Source: Patescibacteria group bacterium (GTDB taxonomy: Bacteria > Patescibacteriota > WWE3 > UBA101185 > UBA10185). From it: DNA of 64,000 bases. This document shows positions 57,254 through 64,000 of the stretch, one piece after another. The translations under genes were made by a program, and so were the position numbers. How positions within the stretch are numbered: the stretch's first letter is position 1; the number at the start of each line of letters is the position of its first letter. The notes under the pieces are model-generated. The model made no database searches. It was not told the DNA's origin and saw nothing but the letters and a program-made list of their open reading frames with translations. The stretch lies in the NCBI GenBank assembly GCA_018825365.1, contig JAHJEV010000003.1:238619-302618 (forward strand), given 5' to 3'.

Positions 57254-58869
57254 TGCTGTTTTTCCTTGTTAAACTTCAAAATATCGGTGAAGAAAATTTT
57301 CCCGTTTATAGTATACCTAAACTCTTTAACAAGCGTCAGATAAGGTCTTTTCTCAATTCCAAAATACATATCGGTATTATTTTCGTTAGTTAGTAAAATA
57401 TAATCCGGGTTTTTTCCTGAAATCCTTTTATAACTGATATCATGAAGGATCAAAACATCGTGCCGATCCCCATACACATTTTTATTTATTCCCGACCTGT
57501 TAAGATACCAGTCGGCAATTCCATATGTGTCGTTGTAAATAACATACCCGCTAAGATTTTTAGCAGCATACACGGCCGCTTCCTTCATGGAAATGTAAAT
57601 AAATCTATGGACCCAAATTGTGGCTAAACCCCAGACAAGTAGAGATATAAAAGAAAACATAAGAAACATTTTTTCTTTTCTTAAGATGAGAAAAATCAGA
57701 ATAATAATCTGCAAAATAAAAACAAATAGAAAAGCCCACTGGTTAGAAACAAGAAACTGAAGTTTAAAAATGTACTGAGTCAAGCCGAAGTTGCCAATTA
57801 GAAAAGCAAGAGCAATATAATCCAAAGCTCTCAAATGAGGGCCATTTGACTGAAACTCTTCATAAGAAAGGACAAGAAGAATCACGAAAAACGGTATTAT
57901 TGCACTGAAAAGTCGGGGCACGGCTGCCGGCCACCAAAGTATGAGAATTATTTCCAATAAGATATAAACTGATATTCCGACATTTTCCATCAAAAATCTA
58001 ACAGCAGAGCCTGTTTTTTTATATGAAAAAATGTTCTTAAAAATAAAATAAAAAAACGGTAAAAATCCAAGTATATAAAAAAGTGACGAGAAATAAACCC
58101 AAATAAGTCTCCAATCAAACGTTCTATACTCCTGTTCGCCGAAATATTTAGAATCTAAAGGACTTCTAAAGAACCAATACGGAAGTAACACAAGCAAGGT
58201 CGTTAATCCTAGAGGGAGTAAAAATTTAAGCTCGTGCCAAAGACCGAAAAAGAAAGTTCTTGGTTTAAATGCACTAAGCTTCAACCCGGAATTGAGAAAA
58301 ACTACCCCGATAAACAACGCAAAAAATAAAATGTATCCCTCAAACCTTGTTAAAATAGACAACCCGGCTAAAGCCCCAAGCAAAATACTTTTTTTGATAT
58401 CCAATTTTTCTTTCCATCTTGAAAGAAGATAAAAAATCACAATTCCAAAGAAAGAAAACGGAATATCGGACATGATTCTTATCGACCAATACAGATAAAC
58501 CGGATTTAGCGTAAAAAGGATTAGTGCAAATTTTTGATATTTCTTACTTTTTATGTGTTGACAAACTAATTTATCGAAAACGATAAACGACGCAAAACTG
58601 AAAACAAAGACCACTCCCCTACCCCACGAAATTGCATTCACTCCATGTGGTCTTGTAGCTAAAACCACTGAAAAAAATGGGGGTCTTTTCTCTTTCTGAG
58701 GATAAATACCTGTTTTTATGCTCTCCGCCGACCTTAGAATGCTGTATGAATCCCCCCATTCGGTCGCGTTGATGTTAAACAAAAACAGGTGCAGTACTAT
58801 AAAAAACGCGTATATGAGCAGTTTGCTTTTAAATATTTCAGAGAAGATAATTCTTTTTTGCGAATTCAT
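57250..58869 (-). CDS. GT-C (PMT_2-like) glycosyltransferase
   Basis: EWGDS, KRPP, SIRIMSD and LTRFEG motifs; polytopic. Confidence 0.8.
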   Translation of the reverse strand: MNSQKRIIFSEIFKSKLLIYAFFIVLHLFLFNINATEWGDSYSILRSAESIKTGIYPQKEKRPPFFSVVLATRPHGVNAISWGRGVVFVFSFASFIVFDKLVCQHIKSKKYQKFALILFTLNPVYLYWSIRIMSDIPFSFFGIVIFYLLSRWKEKLDIKKSILLGALAGLSILTRFEGYILFFALFIGVVFLNSGLKLSAFKPRTFFFGLWHELKFLLPLGLTTLLVLLPYWFFRSPLDSKYFGEQEYRTFDWRLIWVYFSSLFYILGFLPFFYFIFKNIFSYKKTGSAVRFLMENVGISVYILLEIILILWWPAAVPRLFSAIIPFFVILLVLSYEEFQSNGPHLRALDYIALAFLIGNFGLTQYIFKLQFLVSNQWAFLFVFILQIIILIFLILRKEKMFLMFSFISLLVWGLATIWVHRFIYISMKEAAVYAAKNLSGYVIYNDTYGIADWYLNRSGINKNVYGDRHDVLILHDISYKRISGKNPDYILLTNENNTDMYFGIEKRPYLTLVKEFRYTINGKIFFTDILKFNKEKQQ

Positions 58870-60037
58870 AGACTTGCTCTAACTCCCTTGCCCTTGCGTC
58901 CCAAGAATAAATTGCAGACACCCGGCTACTGTCAACAGATATGGGATTATCTAGAATATTAGTAATATAGCTGGCTATATATTCGGGTTTTAAACTTTCC
59001 AAATAGTACAAACCCCGTATCTCCTGGGATAGTTTAAAGCCTGATACCAAACAGGGCGTTCCACAAGCAATACCCTGCATGACAACTTTTGGGAGTCCTT
59101 CCCAAGACGACGGCAAAACAAAAATATCGGAAATCTGATACCCAACCGGTGTTTGGGGATATGGTGTGTAACCGGTTTGCATTATTCTGTCGGAAAGTCC
59201 ACTTACTTTTATTTCTTCATTTATTTTCCCCATATATCCCAAGTCCCCAGATCCAACCAAAAGTAATTTATAATTTCTAGGAAGAAACTTCATGGCCTCA
59301 ATTAAAAGTAATATATTTTTCCTTTCAGACATCACGCCATGATTCAGAACTATCTTGTCGTAAATATCAAATCCTATGTCTCTTCTTGATTTTTCTTTTT
59401 CTTCTTGGGTCACGGGCTTAAACAAGTTGGGGTTTACTCCGGTTTCGACCACAAAGCATCTTTGTGTGTTAGCCTTGTAAAGCTCTATCGCTTTTTTCTT
59501 GTTTTCCATACTAACAAATACACAAGCCGCAGCAGACTTAACTGCTTTTTTATCTGAAAAAACTGAGAGCGGCCAAACCAGATATTTTGACAAAATCGAT
59601 ATTTGTTTTTTCTGCCTAACCATTGAATTCCATCTATCTTCAGCTATGTTGTGAAAATGAACAACCAAAGGAGTTTTAAGCTCTTTTGACCAAGGGAAAA
59701 ACTTTTGCAAGAAAGACCGATACATGTAAATCCAAACGGCAAAGTGACCATGCGAGTGAATTATATCTACATCTTTGTTTTTCTTTCTCCAGCAAAGATA
59801 CTTAAAAAACAAGACTACTGAGCTCGTAAAAAATATTGTTCCGGGAAAAGGCTCTCTCATAATCGGGAGTATCTTGACTCCTTTTGGTGTCTCAACACTA
59901 CCAGCCCTTGGCCACCTACCACAAAATATTTCGATAGTGTGCCCCTTTTTGGCCTGAGACACGGTAAGCTCATAAGGGTGGGGAGCCAAACCTTGCCAAG
60001 GCGGCGGCCAATCATAAATTATTCGAAGAATTTTCAT
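58838..60037 (-). CDS. Glycosyltransferase family 4
   Basis: ERKN and PSSWEGLPKV motifs. Confidence 0.9.
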   Translation of the reverse strand: MKILRIIYDWPPPWQGLAPHPYELTVSQAKKGHTIEIFCGRWPRAGSVETPKGVKILPIMREPFPGTIFFTSSVVLFFKYLCWRKKNKDVDIIHSHGHFAVWIYMYRSFLQKFFPWSKELKTPLVVHFHNIAEDRWNSMVRQKKQISILSKYLVWPLSVFSDKKAVKSAAACVFVSMENKKKAIELYKANTQRCFVVETGVNPNLFKPVTQEEKEKSRRDIGFDIYDKIVLNHGVMSERKNILLLIEAMKFLPRNYKLLLVGSGDLGYMGKINEEIKVSGLSDRIMQTGYTPYPQTPVGYQISDIFVLPSSWEGLPKVVMQGIACGTPCLVSGFKLSQEIRGLYYLESLKPEYIASYITNILDNPISVDSSRVSAIYSWDARARELEQVYEFAKKNYLL

Positions 60038-61212
60038 TTCAATACCTCCATAAAAATCTTTTCATAAGTATCTATCATTTTACCAATTGTAAACTCGGAA
60101 AGAGCTTTTTCTCTTCCAGCCAAACCCAATTTATTTCTTAACTCCAAATTACCGATTAAACTTTCAAGTTTGAGTTTAAATTCTTTGTTATTTCCAGCCT
60201 TAATTAAATATCCGGTTTTTTCATTTTCAATCGCATCCGTAACCCCGCCAAGATTAAATGCCACAACAGGAAGACCAAGCAACATGCTTTCAACCAAAAC
60301 CATCGGAAAACCTTCAATTCTTTGAGTTGGGAAAACAAAAATATCTGGTTTTAGGTTCTTAACAAATTCTTTATAAGGAACCTTCCCGTGAAATACAACT
60401 TTATCCGACACTCTCATCTTTTTAGAAATTCTTTTTGCATCCTCAAGATCTGGTCCTTCCCCAACAACATGCAAGACATAATCATTTTTTATATCAGAAA
60501 TTATTTTCAAAATAGTAAGTATGCCCTTTGACTTCTCTACCCTGCCTAAAAACAAAAGCTTAACCCCATCATCAGTTGACTCCTCCAGCAAATCAAAGTC
60601 CTTTGGGTCAACTCCGTTGGACACTACTTCTATTTTTCTGTCATCCGCAAAACACTCATTAATCAGTGCGGTCTTAACATAATTTGAAACGGCAATAACT
60701 TTATCCGAATGCAACACATACCTTCTTTGCCTTCCGAAGAATTGTCTTAGAAAATACTGGGTATTTCTGGCGAACCAATAAAAATCTTTGAGATTTTTAA
60801 TATTTTTTAGAAATGTAATGTATTCAGAAGCAGCAGATCCGTGGGCAACAGAAACAACCTTAACTCCCAGCTTTTTCTTATTTTCTATTATGCTTTCTGC
60901 TGAGGCGCTTTGACTCAAAACTAAATCAAACGAATCTGCTTTATGAATTTCCTGAAATTTTTCTAAAGATTTTTTAAACCAGCTGTTTTTGTTAAGTCTC
61001 GCAAACAGATACTTTTTGTATTCCGATGTTATAAAAACATATCTAACTAAGTTTTCACTTTTCTCATCGATATCAAGTTCTTTTTTCGTGGAAAATACTG
61101 TAATGCGGTGTCCTCTTTTTGCTAATTCCTCACATAAAGATCTGCTCTGGGTTTCCAAACCCCCAGATCCCTTATGAAAGGTGGTTAATTTTATAAATAC
61201 TGCAATATTCAT
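60034..61212 (-). CDS. Glycosyltransferase family 4
   Basis: GGLE, LGRVEKSKG and EGFPMVLVESM motifs. Confidence 0.92.
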   Translation of the reverse strand: MNIAVFIKLTTFHKGSGGLETQSRSLCEELAKRGHRITVFSTKKELDIDEKSENLVRYVFITSEYKKYLFARLNKNSWFKKSLEKFQEIHKADSFDLVLSQSASAESIIENKKKLGVKVVSVAHGSAASEYITFLKNIKNLKDFYWFARNTQYFLRQFFGRQRRYVLHSDKVIAVSNYVKTALINECFADDRKIEVVSNGVDPKDFDLLEESTDDGVKLLFLGRVEKSKGILTILKIISDIKNDYVLHVVGEGPDLEDAKRISKKMRVSDKVVFHGKVPYKEFVKNLKPDIFVFPTQRIEGFPMVLVESMLLGLPVVAFNLGGVTDAIENEKTGYLIKAGNNKEFKLKLESLIGNLELRNKLGLAGREKALSEFTIGKMIDTYEKIFMEVLK

Positions 61213-62408
61213 TGATTAATTAGTTCCTCCAGTTTTACAATATTTGCGCTAGAATCAAAACCGCTAATTACCCTGGCATATGCGTTTTTACAAAGATTGG
61301 ATGCGAAGCTTTTGTCAGTTAAAAGCATCTCGACCGCATTGGCGATAGCATTTGGATGCCGTTGTGGAACCACTAACCCTGTTTCTCCATCAGAAATAAG
61401 CTCACAAGTACTCCCAGCATCTGTTGCAACAATTGGAAGACTTAAAGCTCCAGCTTCCAACAAAACATTTGCGATCCCGTCAACATCCCCTTCTGCTGTC
61501 TGAATACTTGAAAGAACAAAAACATCGGAAACTTTCATGAGTCCCAAGGTCTCGCTGTTTGATAAACCTTTGTTTTCTCCGAGAATTTTAACTTGCTCTT
61601 CCAAATCCAAATCCGAAATCTGCCTCTTAAGATCCTGATACAAGGGCCCGAAACCAACGATATAGCAAACAAAATCTAAACCTCTGTCTTTTAATATTTT
61701 TGCGGTGTCAATAAGGTAACTAAACCCTTTTTTCTCGGTAAGTCTTCCCACAGAAAGTATTAGATACTTATCCGGCCTTTTGATACCGCCCAAAGCCTCC
61801 CTCATCACCCTTCCCGAATCAACCCCGTGATAATTTAAATAAACATTCCCGGGATTATTGCCGCCAAGAAGATTTAAAAGAAAATAGTAGGCGCTTTTGT
61901 TGCAAACTGTAATAAATTTTGCCTCACTTGCCTTTTTTTCAACATATTCATAAGTTACAGTTACATCTTTTGCATGCGCAGAGATCGCAAAAGGAACCCC
62001 CAATATTTCGGAGGATACCATCGCTATCGTTGAGGGCTCTGACAAAAAGTGTGAAAGGATTAGATCTGGCTTTTGGGTTGCAAATTTCAAAGAGTAACCG
62101 ACAGATTTTAGTATTAAAAACAACCTACTATGAGAACCGGGTTTCAAATCCCCATAAATCTTTGAAATCTTATCGAAATGAGAAAAAGTGTATTTTAGTA
62201 TTCCAAATATATCGGGAAATCCCAATCTTTGATATAAAACCTTCGTTCTTAAGTTTTCGGATAAGTGTCCAGTGCCCTTTTTTAGCGAAAACACAACAAG
62301 GTCAACATTGTTTCTTTCAACCAATTTGGAAAGTTCTCTTTCAATAAAAGTTTCGGTCAAAACCGGAAATTCCGGAATAAAAACCAAAACTTTTTTATTA
62401 GTTTCCAT
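61209..62408 (-). CDS. Glycosyltransferase family 4 (WcaL-like)
   Basis: FPVLTETFI, SAHAKD, VGRLTEKKG and GDVDGIANVLLEA motifs. Confidence 0.92.
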   Translation of the reverse strand: METNKKVLVFIPEFPVLTETFIERELSKLVERNNVDLVVFSLKKGTGHLSENLRTKVLYQRLGFPDIFGILKYTFSHFDKISKIYGDLKPGSHSRLFLILKSVGYSLKFATQKPDLILSHFLSEPSTIAMVSSEILGVPFAISAHAKDVTVTYEYVEKKASEAKFITVCNKSAYYFLLNLLGGNNPGNVYLNYHGVDSGRVMREALGGIKRPDKYLILSVGRLTEKKGFSYLIDTAKILKDRGLDFVCYIVGFGPLYQDLKRQISDLDLEEQVKILGENKGLSNSETLGLMKVSDVFVLSSIQTAEGDVDGIANVLLEAGALSLPIVATDAGSTCELISDGETGLVVPQRHPNAIANAVEMLLTDKSFASNLCKNAYARVISGFDSSANIVKLEELINQ

Positions 62409-63768
62409 TCCTTAATATTACACCAGGAGTCCCCGCGGGTCTTCTATCCAAAAGCTCCGTGCCGCTTGTTTTCTTCCCTATTGTGAAGTATGTAAACCCG
62501 GCGCTTTCTACCTTTTTTCTATCTAATAATATTCTCCCATCAAATATCACCTGGTTTTTGAGAGACATTCTCACTTTATCAAGATCCAAAGTTGAAAACT
62601 CCTGCCACTCGGTCAAGATTATTAAAGCATCAGTCCCTTCGATTGCCTCATACTTATCTAAACAGTACTTAATACTCACCTCTCCCAAAACCTTTTTAGC
62701 GTTATACATAGCTTGCGGATCAAATACTTTCTGGTAGGCTCCTAAACCTCTTAACATTTTCACTATTTCTACCCCAACTGAATCTCTAATATCATCGGTG
62801 TTGTTTTTGAAAGCAAGCCCCAAAACTCCGAAAGTTTTCCCGGATAAAGCTCCGTCAAAATATCTAACTATCTTGTTAACAAAGTGTTCTTTTTGACTTT
62901 CGTTAACCTCCATAACACCTCTTAAGAGCTTAAAGTCATAGGCTTGATCAGATGAAGTCTTGTACAAAGCGGCGACATCTTTAGGAAAGCAGCTTCCGCC
63001 GTAGCCTATACCGGCGTTTAGGAATTTCGGACCAATTCTGCTATCAAGTCCCATTCCTTTGGCTACAACAGTAATATCGGCTCCAGATTTTTCACAAATC
63101 TGAGCCATTTCGTTAATAAAAGATATTTTTGAAGCGAGAAATGCGTTTGAAGCGTACTTGATCATCTCAGAGGACCTAAAATCGCATTCAACAATAGGCT
63201 TGCCTAAGTGTTCATAAAGCCTTCTCATTATTCCCAAGGCTTTTTCTGAGTCTGAACCAACAACAGTCCTATCTGGATTTTGCATATCCTCAACCGAGTA
63301 ACCCTCTCTTAAAAATTCGGGGTTAGAAACTACATCAAACTCTGCTGACATTTTCATATTCTCTCTAATTACATTTTTGATCTTCTCGTTTGTTCCTACA
63401 GGGACCGTGCTTTTAAGTACGATTACTTTGTATCCGAAGAGGTTTTCACCAATTTGTTTAGCAACCTCCCAAACTGCTGAAAGATCCGCATCTCCTGTCT
63501 CACTTTGGGGAGTACCTACACAAATAAAAACTGCCTCGGCTTCTTTCATTCCATCAACCAGAGATGTGGTGAAAGACAATCTGTTTGCGGAAATATTTTT
63601 CACTACAAGATCTGAAAGCCCCGGTTCATAAATTGGCATTTCGCCTTTTTTTATTCGCTCAATTTTCTCAGCGTCTATATCAACGCCAACAACTTGATTG
63701 CCCCAATCAGAAAAAATGGCAGCGCCTACCAAACCGACGTAGCCTGTACCTACCACACATAGTTTCAT
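62398..63768 (-). CDS. ugd: UDP-glucose 6-dehydrogenase
   Basis: GTGYVGL, PIYEPGL, KSTVPVGT, SNPEFLREG, GYGGSCFPKD and AFKNNTDDIRDS motifs. Confidence 0.96.
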   Translation of the reverse strand: MKLCVVGTGYVGLVGAAIFSDWGNQVVGVDIDAEKIERIKKGEMPIYEPGLSDLVVKNISANRLSFTTSLVDGMKEAEAVFICVGTPQSETGDADLSAVWEVAKQIGENLFGYKVIVLKSTVPVGTNEKIKNVIRENMKMSAEFDVVSNPEFLREGYSVEDMQNPDRTVVGSDSEKALGIMRRLYEHLGKPIVECDFRSSEMIKYASNAFLASKISFINEMAQICEKSGADITVVAKGMGLDSRIGPKFLNAGIGYGGSCFPKDVAALYKTSSDQAYDFKLLRGVMEVNESQKEHFVNKIVRYFDGALSGKTFGVLGLAFKNNTDDIRDSVGVEIVKMLRGLGAYQKVFDPQAMYNAKKVLGEVSIKYCLDKYEAIEGTDALIILTEWQEFSTLDLDKVRMSLKNQVIFDGRILLDRKKVESAGFTYFTIGKKTSGTELLDRRPAGTPGVILRNGN

Positions 63769-63793
63769 AATTTAAACATAATGCCCCAAATTT

Positions 63794-64000
63794 TTACTTA
63801 GAATTCTTATCGGAGCGTTTGGCAGTCTTATACTTCCCCCTTAAATCGTTAAGTCTGACCTTAAAAACATCCCATGCCATTTTGATTGAGGATGTTATCA
63901 CGTTAAACTTCTTGGTCTTAACATATGTCCATGTCACAGGAACCTGTTTGATAGTATACCCCATTTTTCTGGCTAAAAACAAAACCTCAACATCCCAAGC
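63794..64000 (-). CDS. GT2 dolichyl-phosphate glucosyltransferase-like protein, 3' end only
   Basis: The frame is open to the window edge: AWDVEVLFLARKMGYTIKQVPVTW, matching the ALG5/DPG synthase C-terminal FDVE..VPVxW motif. Confidence 0.78.
   Translation of the reverse strand, partial: AWDVEVLFLARKMGYTIKQVPVTWTYVKTKKFNVITSSIKMAWDVFKVRLNDLRGKYKTAKRSDKNSK

Noticed and set aside
490-63770. Numerous 60-180 aa ORFs antisense to or nested in long genes (e.g. 37825-38358, 41459-41881, 42829-43260, 61919-62347)
   Set aside because: Shadow ORFs opposite clearly identified genes, with no recognisable motifs.
1-64000. Search for tRNA, rRNA, CRISPR arrays, integrases, transposases and reverse transcriptases
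   Set aside because: None recognised; the intergenic spaces are short and lack such signatures.

Overview
AT-rich, gene-dense bacterial chromosome window. The gene style (homodimeric GlyRS, DUF4012, apparently leaderless starts, many GT-C proteins) suggests Patescibacteria/CPR of the Microgenomates/WWE3 type; this is an inference. Positions 1-4.5 kb hold housekeeping genes: partial ftsI-like PBP, ftsL-like, rsmH, mraZ, a hypothetical gene, glyQS and recO. From 4.5 kb to the window end is one >59 kb cell-surface glycosylation locus. It holds a priming sugar transferase, a DUF4012 protein, 12 GT4-like and 5 GT2 enzymes, 9 GT-C-type membrane glycosyltransferases, 3 Wzx-like flippases, a UPF0104 flippase-like protein and ugd. 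It also holds a CDP-6-deoxysugar cassette, 3 SAM methyltransferases and a B12-binding radical SAM enzyme. Two in-frame fusions stand out: O-antigen ligase plus ArnT-like GT-C, and Gmd plus NDP-sugar C-methyltransferase. At about 23.6-27.9 kb the locus is interrupted by an intact AbiE toxin-antitoxin pair in toxin-first order and eroded remnants. These include two Bro-N fragments whose equivalent peptide segment is each encoded by a different perfect DNA palindrome. No rRNA, tRNA, CRISPR array, integrase or transposase was recognised. All product calls come from motif recognition by eye; no database search was run.
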